Source: an uncultured Candidatus Rokubacteria bacterium (lineage in GTDB: Bacteria; Methylomirabilota; Methylomirabilia; Rokubacteriales; DASRDR01). Taken from it: a stretch of 64,000 bases of DNA. The position numbers and the translations under genes are program-made. The first letter of the stretch is position 1. Every line of letters begins with the position of its first letter. The notes under the pieces are model-generated. The model did not search any database and was not told the DNA's origin. It saw nothing but the letters and a program-made list of their open reading frames with translations. Positions 50,996 through 60,339 of the stretch are shown here, in pieces. The stretch is from positions 64,001-128,000 of the forward strand of contig CAWDVE010000016.1 in assembly GCA_963805625.1 (NCBI GenBank), written 5' to 3'.

Positions 50996-51206
50996 GCGGT
51001 GGCTCGGCCGGCGCAGGCGCCGGCTCGGCCGGCGGCGCCCCCGCTTCGAGGGCCGCTCCGAAGCCCGAGGGTTCCTCGGTGAGTCCGAGGTCGACGGCCG
51101 CCCGCTCGATCGCGGCGGCCAGATCGGCGAGCGCCCCCTGGCGGGCGCGCTCAGCTTCCGTCGTCAACGTGGGGCCGGGGGCGGCAGCTGCGGGGGCCGG
51201 GGTCAT
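50988..51206 (-). CDS. Small protein overlapping the amidase start (GatC/AtzG-like partner?)
   Basis: 8-bp overlap with the amidase. Helical stretch followed by LTEEPSGF. Confidence 0.55.
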   Translation of the reverse strand: MTPAPAAAAPGPTLTTEAERARQGALADLAAAIERAAVDLGLTEEPSGFGAALEAGAPPAEPAPAPAEPPRG

Positions 51207-51220
51207 GGTCGACGGGGGCG

Positions 51221-51230
51221 ATGCTATCAT
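51221..51230. promoter_or_regulatory. Possible bidirectional extended -10 element
   Basis: ATGCTATCAT reads TGcTATCAT on + and TGaTAGCAT on -, between divergent genes. Confidence 0.5.
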
Positions 51231-51307
51231 GGCGATGCCGCCCGATGCCCACCGCGTTCCCGAGTCGGCATGCCGCCAGGCCGCCCGGGGGGAGGCCAAT
51301 CCCGGCC

Positions 51308-52330
51308 GTGCACGCGTTTCTCGCCGCTTGCCGCCGCCGCCCAACGGCGTACACGCCCGTGTGGCTCATGCGCCAGGCCGGGCGTTTCCTGCCGGAGTAC
51401 CGCGCGATCCGGGAGCGGATCGGGTTCCTCGAGCTCTGCCGGACGCCGGACGTGGCGGCCGAGGTGACGGTGCTGCCGGTGGAGAAGCTCGGCGTGGACG
51501 CGGCCATCCTCTTCGCCGATATCCTGCTCCTGGTCGAGCCGTTGGGGGTGGGTCTCGAGTTCTCCCGCGGGGAGGGGCCGGTCATCCGCCGCCCGGTGCG
51601 CGCGGCGGCCGACGTCGAGCGACTGGTCGAGCGCGATCCGGCGGAGACGGTGCCCTTCGTCTTCGAGACCGTGCGGCGGGCGCGCGCGGCCCTGGGGGAG
51701 CGCGTGCCGCTCATCGGCTTCGCCGGGGCGCCGTTCACTGTCGCGTCCTACCTCGTGGAGGGTGGGGCCTCGCGCGACTACCTCGAGACGAAGCGGCTCA
51801 TGTACGGCGATCCGAGGGCCTGGCACGCGCTGCTCACCCTCCTCGCGCGAACCACCGCGCGCTATCTGAACGGGCAGATTGCCGCGGGGGCCCAGGCCGT
51901 CCAGCTCTTCGACTCCTGGGTGGGCACGCTCGGGCCGGACGACTATCGCGCCTTCGCCCTCCCGTACACCCGCGCCATCCTGCAGTCGCTCACGCCGGGC
52001 GTGCCCGTGATCCACTTCGGGACCGGGACGGCGGGACTGCTCGAAGCCCTCCGCGAGGCGGGTGGCGACGTCATCGGGCTCGACTGGCGCCTCGAGCTGG
52101 GCGAGGGCTGGCGGCGGGTTGGCCACGACGTCGCGATCCAGGGGAACCTCGACCCTGCCGCGCTGTTCGCCCCGCCGGCCGAGATCCGGCGGCGGGCGGC
52201 GGCGATCCTCGCGCAGGCCGACGGCCGGTCGGGCCACATTTTCAACCTCGGCCACGGCGTGCTTCCCGGAACCCCGGTGGACCATGTCCGGGCGCTCGTC
52301 GACGCGGTCCATGAGCTCTCGCAGCGGTAG
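51308..52330 (+). CDS. hemE: Uroporphyrinogen decarboxylase
   Basis: PVWLMRQAGR, DAAILFADIL, GFAGAPFT, QLFDSW, FNLGHG. Start may be 51245. Confidence 0.96.
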   Translation: MHAFLAACRRRPTAYTPVWLMRQAGRFLPEYRAIRERIGFLELCRTPDVAAEVTVLPVEKLGVDAAILFADILLLVEPLGVGLEFSRGEGPVIRRPVRAAADVERLVERDPAETVPFVFETVRRARAALGERVPLIGFAGAPFTVASYLVEGGASRDYLETKRLMYGDPRAWHALLTLLARTTARYLNGQIAAGAQAVQLFDSWVGTLGPDDYRAFALPYTRAILQSLTPGVPVIHFGTGTAGLLEALREAGGDVIGLDWRLELGEGWRRVGHDVAIQGNLDPAALFAPPAEIRRRAAAILAQADGRSGHIFNLGHGVLPGTPVDHVRALVDAVHELSQR

Positions 52331-52363
52331 GCTGTTGGGTCCGCCCGCGCAGGCGAGTGGCGG

Positions 52364-53782
52364 GTGACGCCGCTCCGGATCGTCGTCGTCGGAGGCGGGA
52401 TCGCCGGGCTCGCGGCGGCGCACCGCCTGATCGAGCTGGCCCGGGACGAGGGGCGGGCGCTCGACCTCGTCCTCCTCGAGGCGGCCGATCGGCTGGGCGG
52501 GACGATCCGCACCGAGCGGGTCGACGGCTTCCTGCTCGAGGCCGGCCCGGACTCGTTCATCTCGGAGAAGCCGTGGGCGCTTGCCCTCGCGGAGCGGATC
52601 GGGCTCGGGACCCGGCTCCGGCGGACGGACGATCGCTTCCGGCGCACCTACGTCGTGCGCGGGGGACGGCTCCGCCCGCTGCCGGAGGGCTTCCTCCTCC
52701 TGGCGCCAACCCGGGCGTGGCCGGTGCTGGCGTCGGGCGTCTTTTCCTGGCGCGGGAAGCTCCGGCTGAGCCTCGATCTGGTCCTGCCGCGCCGGCCGTC
52801 CGCCGGGGACGAGAGTCTGGGGAGCTTCGTTCGGCGCCGGCTGGGACGCGAGGCGCTCGAGCGGGTCGCCCAGCCGCTCGTCGGGGGCATCTACTCGGCG
52901 GATCCCGACCGCCTGTCGCTCGCAGCGACCATGCCGCGCTTCCTCGCGCTCGAACGGGAGCACCGGAGCTTGATCCTCGGCCTCCGCCGGACGGCCCGGG
53001 GCGGTGAGACCGCCGGGGCGAGCGGGGCGCGGTGGAGTCTCTTCGTCACGCTGGCCGGGGGCATGGAGGAGCTGGTCGACGCCCTCGCCGCGCGCCTTCC
53101 GGCCGGTGCGACTCGGCTCTCCACGCCGGTGGCGGCCCTCGCGCCCGCGCCGAACGGCTGGCGGGTCGAGCTGCGCGACGGATCGCCGCTCCACGCGGAC
53201 GGCGTCGTCCTCGCCGGGCCGGCCCCCGCGATGGCGGCCCTCGTGAGCCGAGCGGACCGCCCGCTGGCCGGACTGCTCGGCGGGATCGCGTGCGCGTCGT
53301 CGGCGACGGTTGCCTTGGCCTACCCGCGGGCGGCGATCCGGCATCCCCTCGATGGCTTCGGCTTCGTGGTTCCACGGGTGGAGGGGCGCGCGATCCTCGC
53401 CTGCACGTTCTCGAGCGTGAAGTACCCGGGCCGGGCGCCGGACGGATTCGCCCTCCTCCGCGTGTTCGTTGGGGGGGCGATGCAGGCGGGGCTCCTCGCG
53501 CGCGAGGACCGCGCCCTCCTCCAGCTCGCGCACGACGACGTGGCGTCGCTCCTGGGGATCACGGGAGACCCGGTCGTCTCCCGCGTGTGGCGGCACCCCG
53601 GCACCATGCCCCAGTACGATGTCGGCCATCTCGACCGGGTCGCGGCCATCGAGTCCCGTCTGGAGACCCTCCCTGGCCTGGCCCTGGCAGGCGGCGCCTA
53701 CCGGGGCGTGGGGATCGCGGACTGCGTGCGCTCCGGTGAGGCCGCCGCCGAGCGGTTCAACTCAAGCCTCAAAGGACGGTAG
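52364..53782 (+). CDS. hemG: Protoporphyrinogen/coproporphyrinogen oxidase (HemY type)
   Basis: GGGIAGL, EAGPDSF, GFGFVVP, MPQY.VGH, GVGIADC. Follows hemE. Confidence 0.94.
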   Translation: MTPLRIVVVGGGIAGLAAAHRLIELARDEGRALDLVLLEAADRLGGTIRTERVDGFLLEAGPDSFISEKPWALALAERIGLGTRLRRTDDRFRRTYVVRGGRLRPLPEGFLLLAPTRAWPVLASGVFSWRGKLRLSLDLVLPRRPSAGDESLGSFVRRRLGREALERVAQPLVGGIYSADPDRLSLAATMPRFLALEREHRSLILGLRRTARGGETAGASGARWSLFVTLAGGMEELVDALAARLPAGATRLSTPVAALAPAPNGWRVELRDGSPLHADGVVLAGPAPAMAALVSRADRPLAGLLGGIACASSATVALAYPRAAIRHPLDGFGFVVPRVEGRAILACTFSSVKYPGRAPDGFALLRVFVGGAMQAGLLAREDRALLQLAHDDVASLLGITGDPVVSRVWRHPGTMPQYDVGHLDRVAAIESRLETLPGLALAGGAYRGVGIADCVRSGEAAAERFNSSLKGR

Positions 53783-53784
53783 CA

Positions 53785-54219
53785 ATGGGCAAAATCGGTC
53801 GAATCGGGATCCTCGTGCTGGCATTGGAGCTCGGGCTTTCCGGGGGGCCAGGCCCGTCCTGGGCGGCGGACGTCCCCAGCCGGACCTTCGACGCCCCGGT
53901 TGACCGGGTCTGGGTGGTAACCGAGTCGGTCCTCAAGAGCCTCGGTTGGGAGATCGACACGTTCGATCGGGCCGTGGGCTGGATCCTGACCGACTCCCGA
54001 GGGGTGGAATTCAAGGATTACGCCGTCTACGGCAAGGGATTGCGCCACAAGCTCCGGCTCGTTCTCAAGGCCGCCGGGGAGGGCCGGACGATCGTCTCGG
54101 TGGAGCGGGAACTCTACACCGAGGAGCGCATCCTCTGGATGACCGAGCGGAAGCCCGTGGCCGCGACGGAGCAGACCGTGGAAACGGGGGTCCTGGACGC
54201 GATCCAGAAGGGCCTATGA
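53785..54219 (+). CDS. Hypothetical exported protein
   Basis: Signal peptide ending SWA, 2 nt after the hemG stop. Confidence 0.7.
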   Translation: MGKIGRIGILVLALELGLSGGPGPSWAADVPSRTFDAPVDRVWVVTESVLKSLGWEIDTFDRAVGWILTDSRGVEFKDYAVYGKGLRHKLRLVLKAAGEGRTIVSVERELYTEERILWMTERKPVAATEQTVETGVLDAIQKGL

Positions 54220-54437
54220 GGGGGAGGCCGTCGGTCCCCCCGGGCCGACCCGCTTGCTTTTGAGCCGCGTCATGCCGACAATAGCGGGCACCATACGCCC
54301 GGACCGGCTGACGCGCGTCAGGGCCGCGTAGACACGAACGACCGAGGGAGGTGGTGGGCGACCCTCGAACGCGAGGGTCCGGCGCTCATATCCGCGGATC
54401 TATCCGAACCCCGATGCTCTCACCTGGAGGTCAGAAG

Positions 54438-55646
54438 ATGATGCGACGTGGCTTCATTGGAGCGCTGGCCGTGCTGCTGGCGGTGGGCCTGGTCGTGGTC
54501 CTGCCCGGCGGCGGCATGGCGCAGCAGAAGGTCGTCAAGATCGGCATGTCGCTCCCCGTTACGGGCGCTGATGCCGACGGTGCCGACGCCATCAAGAAGG
54601 GCGCCGAGCTCGCGATCCAGGAGATCAACGCCAAGGGCGGCGTGGCCGGCTACAAGCTCGAGGCCGTCAACTACGACAGCGCCACACCGGCGGCGGGCCA
54701 GTACGACCCTGCCCAGGCCGCGACCAACTACAAGAAGTTCATCGCGGACCCCCTGGTCCTGGCGGCAGTGGGTCCGGAGATGAGCGGTGAGGGGAAGGCG
54801 ATCTCCCCGATCCTCTCCGAGGCCGACATGGCCACGATCACCCCCGCCTCAACCAACCCGGACATCACCGACCCGAAGTTCAAGAGCCAGTACCGGCCCA
54901 AGGGCAAGGCGGTCTATTTCCGTAACGTGACGACCGACGCCTACCAGGGTCCGAACATGGCCAACTACCTCTTCCACCAGGTGAAGATGAAGAGCGTCTA
55001 CGTCCTGGACGACAGCGGCGCATTCGGGGTCGGCATCGCCGATAGCTTCGAGCGGCGGGCCAAGGAGCTCGGGGTCAAGGTGCTCGGCCGCGACCGGCTT
55101 GACCCGAAGGAGGCCGACTACAAGACGATCCTGACCAAGATCAAGGGCATGAACCCGGACACCCTCTACTACGGCGGGGTCCTACAGGCGGCCACAAAGC
55201 TGGCGCCCCAGGCCCTCGAGATCATACCGCAGGTCGTCAAGGCCGGTTCCGACGGCGTCTACGACCTCTCCTGGCCCAAGCAGTCCGGCAAGGAGGCGGT
55301 CGAGGGCTGGTACCTCTCGCAGGCGTCGCCCGAGCTGGTGACCGACCCGAAGGTCGAGGCCTGGGTGACGAAGTTCAAGACCACACAGAAGCGCGATCCA
55401 ACCAACTATTCGATCACCGCGTACACCGCGGTGTACGTCATCGCCGATGCGGTGGAGCGGACGGTGAAGGCCAACAAGCCGCTCAACCGGTCCAACCTCC
55501 GCGCCGCGATCCAGGCGACGAAGCTCGACTCGATCCAGGGCTCCATCGCCTACGACGAGAACGGCGACATCACCAACCGGACTGTCTCCATCTACCAGTG
55601 GCGAGACGGCGAGATCAAGTACATCGGGGTAGCGCCGCAGAAGTAG
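54438..55646 (+). CDS. Branched-chain amino acid ABC substrate-binding protein
   Basis: VKIGMSLP.TG, ASTNPDIT, TDAYQG. GGAGG RBS. Confidence 0.93.
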   Translation: MMRRGFIGALAVLLAVGLVVVLPGGGMAQQKVVKIGMSLPVTGADADGADAIKKGAELAIQEINAKGGVAGYKLEAVNYDSATPAAGQYDPAQAATNYKKFIADPLVLAAVGPEMSGEGKAISPILSEADMATITPASTNPDITDPKFKSQYRPKGKAVYFRNVTTDAYQGPNMANYLFHQVKMKSVYVLDDSGAFGVGIADSFERRAKELGVKVLGRDRLDPKEADYKTILTKIKGMNPDTLYYGGVLQAATKLAPQALEIIPQVVKAGSDGVYDLSWPKQSGKEAVEGWYLSQASPELVTDPKVEAWVTKFKTTQKRDPTNYSITAYTAVYVIADAVERTVKANKPLNRSNLRAAIQATKLDSIQGSIAYDENGDITNRTVSIYQWRDGEIKYIGVAPQK

Positions 55647-55699
55647 GCGGATCCGAGGCTCCGGGCAGGCGCCAGGCGCCTGCCCGGAGCCCACTCCCG

Positions 55700-56629
55700 A
55701 TGAGCCTCTTCGACGTCCTCCTCCAGCAGATCGTCAACGGGCTCGCGCTGGGCATGATGTACGCCCTGCTCGCGCTCGGCTTCACGATGGTCTACGGCAT
55801 CATCGAGCTGATCAACTTCTCCCATTTCAGCGTCTTCATGACCGGGACGTTCATCGGCATCCTCGTGCTGGACCTGGTGGGAATCACCGCCGTGTCGAAG
55901 TCCGTGACGGGGCTCCCGCTGGTCGGCACGCTGGTCTTCCTGTTCGCGGCGACCATGGTAGTGACTGGTCTCCTCGGCGTGCTCATCGAACGACTCTGTC
56001 TTCGCCCGGTCCGTCACGTCTCGGGAACGGCCCCGATGATCACCACCATCGGAGTCGCGTTCATCCTGATCAACATCATGCTGCTCTGGTGGGGACCGCA
56101 GGCCCAGCGGTTCCCGCAACTCCTGCCGAACTGGCGGTGGCAGGTCGGCCAGGCCGAGATCACGTTCAAGCTCGTCGTGCTCTGCGTCACCGGACTGATC
56201 CTGATGCTGGCGCTGAACTATCTCGTGAAGAGGACGGCGCTCGGGAAGGCCATGCGCGCGACCGCCCAGGATGCCGACGCCGCGAGGATGATGGGGGTCG
56301 ACGTCGATCGCGTCGTCGTCCTGACGTTCTTTCTCGGCTCGGCCCTGGCGGGCGCGGGCAGCCTGTTCTTCGGCCTCTACTACGGCTTCACCGGGTACTA
56401 CATTGGCTACACCACCGGCCTGCGCGCCTTCACCTCGGCCGTGCTGGGTGGGATCGGCAACATTCCGGGCGCGGTGATGGGCGGCCTGATCATCGGGCTG
56501 GTGCAGTCGCTCGGCGGCCAGCTCTTGGGGGTCAGGTGGACCGACGTCATTATCTTCTCCATCCTCATCGTCGTGATGGTGCTCCGTCCGGCCGGCCTGT
56601 TCGGCACGCAGACCCCCCAGAAGGTGTGA
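55700..56629 (+). CDS. ABC permease (LivH-like)
   Basis: QQIVNGL, GFTMVYGIIELINF, VLGGIGNIPG. Confidence 0.93.
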   Translation: MSLFDVLLQQIVNGLALGMMYALLALGFTMVYGIIELINFSHFSVFMTGTFIGILVLDLVGITAVSKSVTGLPLVGTLVFLFAATMVVTGLLGVLIERLCLRPVRHVSGTAPMITTIGVAFILINIMLLWWGPQAQRFPQLLPNWRWQVGQAEITFKLVVLCVTGLILMLALNYLVKRTALGKAMRATAQDADAARMMGVDVDRVVVLTFFLGSALAGAGSLFFGLYYGFTGYYIGYTTGLRAFTSAVLGGIGNIPGAVMGGLIIGLVQSLGGQLLGVRWTDVIIFSILIVVMVLRPAGLFGTQTPQKV

Positions 56630-56642
56630 GCCGACGCGGCTG

Positions 56643-58661
56643 ATGCGAGCCCTCGCCGCGCGGCTGGCCGGGTCTTCCTGGGTCGTGCGTTGGCGCGAGC
56701 TCTCGCTGGCGCGTCGCCGCCAGGCCATGACGGTCGTGTGCCTCGCGGTCGGGCTGGCGTTCCCGCTCATGGTGTCGAACGCGGGGAACGTGGACGCAGC
56801 AGCCAACGCCTTCACCTACGTCCTCCTCGCGCTTGGCCTCAACATCGTCGTGGGGTTCGCGGGCCTCCTCGACCTCGGCTACGCGGCGTTCTTCGCGGTC
56901 GGGGCGTACGGCTACGGGGTCATGGCGTCCGGGCAGCTCAAGCCGGCGTGGTCGGAACTCTGGGCACCGCTCGCCTGGCTCGGCCAGGTGAGCCGCGTCG
57001 CGGTCCCCGATCAGCCGGACATCGTCCAGCTCCACTTTTCCTTCTGGCCGATGCTGGCGATCGCGGCGATCATCTGCGCGGTTTTCGGGCTGGTCTTCGG
57101 CGCGCCGACGCTTCGGCTCCGTGGCGATTATCTCGCGATCGTGACCCTCGGCTTCGGCGAGATCGTGCCGGTGGTCGCGCGCAACTGGGATGGGCTGACG
57201 AACGGCGCCCAGGGGCTCGGAGGCATCCAGACGCCGAAGCTGTTCGGCTACGACTTCGGATTCTCGCCCTACCCCTATTACTTCCTCGGCCTCGGATTGG
57301 TTGCGGCGGCGGTCTTCGTCTCGATCCGCCTCCAGGAGTCGCGGGTGGGGCGCGCGTGGATGGCAATCCGCGAGGACGAGCTCGCGGCGGGGGCGATGGG
57401 GGTCAGCCATGTGCACTATAAGCTCCTAGCCTTCGCCATGGGCGCCGCCGTGGGCGGGCTGGCCGGCGTGTTCTACGTCGCCAAGCTCACCATCGCCACC
57501 CCGGAGATGTTCATGTTCCCGGTGTCGGTCATGGTGCTGGTCATGGTCGTGCTCGGCGGCATGGGCTCGATCCGTGGCGTCGTCATCGCTGCGCTCCTTC
57601 TCGCGTTCCTCCAGTCCGTCATCCTCCAGGAGCTGACCGAGTACGTCCATGCCGTCGGCCGGGCGCTCGGGAGTGGATTCCTCCAGAGGCTGGAGCTGAT
57701 CACCGCGTTGGAGCTGATCTTCGGGCTGATCCTGGTCCTGATGATGCTCTTCCGGCGCGAGGGGCTCTGGCCGGCGGTGCGGCGCGTGGCCGCGCTCACC
57801 CAGGAGCAGCAGGCGGCCGTGCCGTCCCGCGGGGCGGCGGTCGAGCTCTCCTGGGCCACCCCGAAGTTGGGCACCGTACCGGCGCGGGCACTGCTGGAGA
57901 TCGAGGGGCTCACGAAGCGATTCGGTGGCGTGGCTGCTGCCGACAACATCGCGCTCAGTGTCCACGCGGGCGAGCTCGTGAGCGTCATCGGGCCGAACGG
58001 CTCCGGGAAGACCACCCTCTTCAACCTCATCACAGGGCTCGTTTCGCGGGACAGCGGGGTGATCCGTCTCGAGGGCGCGGAGATCAGCGGCCTACCGCCC
58101 CATGAGATCGTCCAGCGCGGGGTGGCCCGCACGTTCCAGAACGTCCGGCTGTTCAACAACCTGAGCGTGTTGGAGAACCTCCTGGTGGGCGAGCACGCGC
58201 GGCTTCGGGCGGGCGCCCTGGGGGCGATCTTCCGGCCGCCGCGGGTCCGCGAGGAGGAGCGGCAGGCCCTCGAGAGCGCGCTCGAGGTGCTGGGCCTCTT
58301 CGGCAACCGCCTGATCCCCCGGCTCGATCATCCTGCCTACGGGCTCTCCTACGCGAACCGCCGTCGCACCGAAATCGCCCGGGCGATCATGACGCGCCCG
58401 AAGCTCCTGCTCCTCGACGAGCCGGCGGCAGGCATGAACCCCGCGGAGACGCTCGAGCTGATGGACCTGGTGAAGGCGCTCCGGGGGCTCGGGATCACGA
58501 TCATCCTGATCGAGCACAAGCTGGACGTCGTCATGGACGTCTCGGACCGGGTGATCGTGCTCGACCACGGCGTCAAGATCGCCGAGGGCAAGCCCGTTCA
58601 GGTCCGGAACGACGAAAAGGTGATCGAGGCCTACCTCGGGCGCAGGCGGCGCGTGGCGTGA
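56643..58661 (+). CDS. Fused ABC permease/ATPase (LivM-LivG)
   Basis: GLLDLGY and RGDYLAIVTLGFGE, then GPNGSGKTT and LLLDEPAAG in one frame. Confidence 0.92.
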   Translation: MRALAARLAGSSWVVRWRELSLARRRQAMTVVCLAVGLAFPLMVSNAGNVDAAANAFTYVLLALGLNIVVGFAGLLDLGYAAFFAVGAYGYGVMASGQLKPAWSELWAPLAWLGQVSRVAVPDQPDIVQLHFSFWPMLAIAAIICAVFGLVFGAPTLRLRGDYLAIVTLGFGEIVPVVARNWDGLTNGAQGLGGIQTPKLFGYDFGFSPYPYYFLGLGLVAAAVFVSIRLQESRVGRAWMAIREDELAAGAMGVSHVHYKLLAFAMGAAVGGLAGVFYVAKLTIATPEMFMFPVSVMVLVMVVLGGMGSIRGVVIAALLLAFLQSVILQELTEYVHAVGRALGSGFLQRLELITALELIFGLILVLMMLFRREGLWPAVRRVAALTQEQQAAVPSRGAAVELSWATPKLGTVPARALLEIEGLTKRFGGVAAADNIALSVHAGELVSVIGPNGSGKTTLFNLITGLVSRDSGVIRLEGAEISGLPPHEIVQRGVARTFQNVRLFNNLSVLENLLVGEHARLRAGALGAIFRPPRVREEERQALESALEVLGLFGNRLIPRLDHPAYGLSYANRRRTEIARAIMTRPKLLLLDEPAAGMNPAETLELMDLVKALRGLGITIILIEHKLDVVMDVSDRVIVLDHGVKIAEGKPVQVRNDEKVIEAYLGRRRRVA

Positions 58662-58815
58662 GCCTGCCCGGGGCGATCCGCGTCGCATCCCGTCGTCCTC
58701 GGGCCTCGGCCAGCCTCAACGTATGCGGCATACGCCTCGGCCGGCCTCGGCCCTGCGTCCTAGGACTGCTCGCGTCTTACCCCGGGCGCCGAACAAGCGG
58801 AGCAGGGGTAGCCCA

Positions 58816-59568
58816 GTGAGCCCACAGGCCGAAGGCCGTCCGACCGCTGCCGCTGAGCCCATCCTCCGGTTCACGGACGTCCATACCTACTACGGGCCGC
58901 TCCACGTTCTCAAGGGCGTGAGCTACGAGATCCACGAGGGCGAGATCGTCTCGCTCCTGGGCGGGAACGCGTCCGGGAAGTCGACCACGATGAAGACCGT
59001 GCTCGGCCTCGTGCGTCCGGCCGAGGGCACCGTGACTTTCCGGGGCGAGGCGATCCACACGCTGCGCACGAGCGAGATCGTCCGCCGCGGCATCGCCCCG
59101 GTGCCCGAGGCCCGCCGCGTCTTCCCCCGCATGACGGTTCTCGAGAACCTGGAGATGGGCCGCTACACGCGCCGCCGCGAGCCGGGCTGGGAGGCGGAGC
59201 TGGACCGGGTCTTCGGGCTGTTTCCGATCCTCAAGGAACGGCGGAGCCAGCTCGGCGGCACGATGTCGGGCGGTGAGCAGCAGATGCTCGCGATCGGCCG
59301 GGCGCTCATGACGAATCCGAAGCTGCTCTGCATGGACGAGCCGTCGATGGGGCTGTCGCCGGGGTACGTCGAGCAGGTGTTCGACATCATCAAGACGATC
59401 AACCAGCAGGGGACGACCGTCTTCGTGGTCGAGCAGAACGTCAACATGGCCCTGTCCATCGCGAATCGCGGCTATGTGCTCCAGATGGGCGAGGTTGTGC
59501 TCGCCGGCACCGCGAAGGAGCTGCTGGAGAGCCCGCTCATCCAGAAGGCGTATCTGGGGACGGCCTGA
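58816..59568 (+). CDS. ABC ATP-binding protein (LivF-like)
   Basis: GGNASGKST, MSGGEQQM, MDEPSMGLSP. Confidence 0.93.
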   Translation: MSPQAEGRPTAAAEPILRFTDVHTYYGPLHVLKGVSYEIHEGEIVSLLGGNASGKSTTMKTVLGLVRPAEGTVTFRGEAIHTLRTSEIVRRGIAPVPEARRVFPRMTVLENLEMGRYTRRREPGWEAELDRVFGLFPILKERRSQLGGTMSGGEQQMLAIGRALMTNPKLLCMDEPSMGLSPGYVEQVFDIIKTINQQGTTVFVVEQNVNMALSIANRGYVLQMGEVVLAGTAKELLESPLIQKAYLGTA

Positions 59569-59605
59569 CGGCCCGCGGGACAGGCCTGCTGTCGAAGGTC
59601 GGGCT

Positions 59606-60010
59606 GTGACTCCAGGGCATTCGCCGCCAGGGCCGTCCGCCCGACGTCTCGGTCGCCTGCTGCTCCCCGCCGTTCCATGGGTTGCGGGACTCTTGATCGC
59701 GGAAGCGCCAGCCTCAGCGGTGGCGTGGCCAGCGATCCAGGACGGCGTCGGGACCGTGTACCTCTGCGACAGCCGGCCGAGCCAGCTGCCCGACGGCCGA
59801 TGGAGCTGTCGCGGCGGGGCCGGCACTTACGTGGGTGCTCTGGTGGAGGTTGCCCGACCCGGCACGCCGCCCGGCGTGCGCCCGTGGGACACGCCCCGGG
59901 GCGTGCCGTACCGGTACGTCCCGTACCCCTGGGGTCCACCGCCCCGCGAGCCGAGCGGCTACGACGCGCTCGATCCCTGGCTGGGGCGGCCGGGCGCGTC
60001 GGAGCGCTGA
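59606..60010 (+). CDS. Hypothetical protein
   Basis: Signal-like hydrophobic segment, a Cys pair, operonic position. Confidence 0.45.
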   Translation: MTPGHSPPGPSARRLGRLLLPAVPWVAGLLIAEAPASAVAWPAIQDGVGTVYLCDSRPSQLPDGRWSCRGGAGTYVGALVEVARPGTPPGVRPWDTPRGVPYRYVPYPWGPPPREPSGYDALDPWLGRPGASER

Positions 60011-60264
60011 CGACGGACCGAGAGCGGCCCGCGCGCGCGCCCGCGTCGCCGGCGGGCGGCCCCACCGGCGACGACCGGGCGCGGGCGGGGCTCTGCGCGG
60101 ACTGCCGCTGGGCGCGGCGCGTGCCGAGCGCGCGCGGCTCCGTGTTCTTCCTGTGCCGGCGCGCCGAGACGGATCCGGAGTATCCGCGCTACCCACGCCT
60201 GCCCCGCCTCGCCTGCCCGGGCTACGAACCGTCCACGCGGGCCGACCCGCCGGCGTCCGGGTAG
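60007..60264 (+). CDS. Small Cys-rich (Zn-binding-like) hypothetical protein
   Basis: GLCADC...FFLC...YPRLP..ACPGY. Start uncertain, possibly CTG in a CTGA overlap. Confidence 0.6.
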   Translation: MTTDRERPARAPASPAGGPTGDDRARAGLCADCRWARRVPSARGSVFFLCRRAETDPEYPRYPRLPRLACPGYEPSTRADPPASG

Positions 60265-60339
60265 GCGCCAGAGATGGCGCAGGCGACGGCCGTCCTGGCC
60301 CGTCGCCCGCGTGCTGCGTTCCTCTTCAGGCTGCCGGAA

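Noticed and set aside
51308-53782. No ferrochelatase gene in the hemE-hemG cluster
   Set aside because: hem gene order is variable and the gene may lie outside the window.
56643-58661. LivM-LivG fusion (likewise the serine hydrolase-NamZ fusion at 23534-25879)
   Set aside because: Both are known, common domain fusions.
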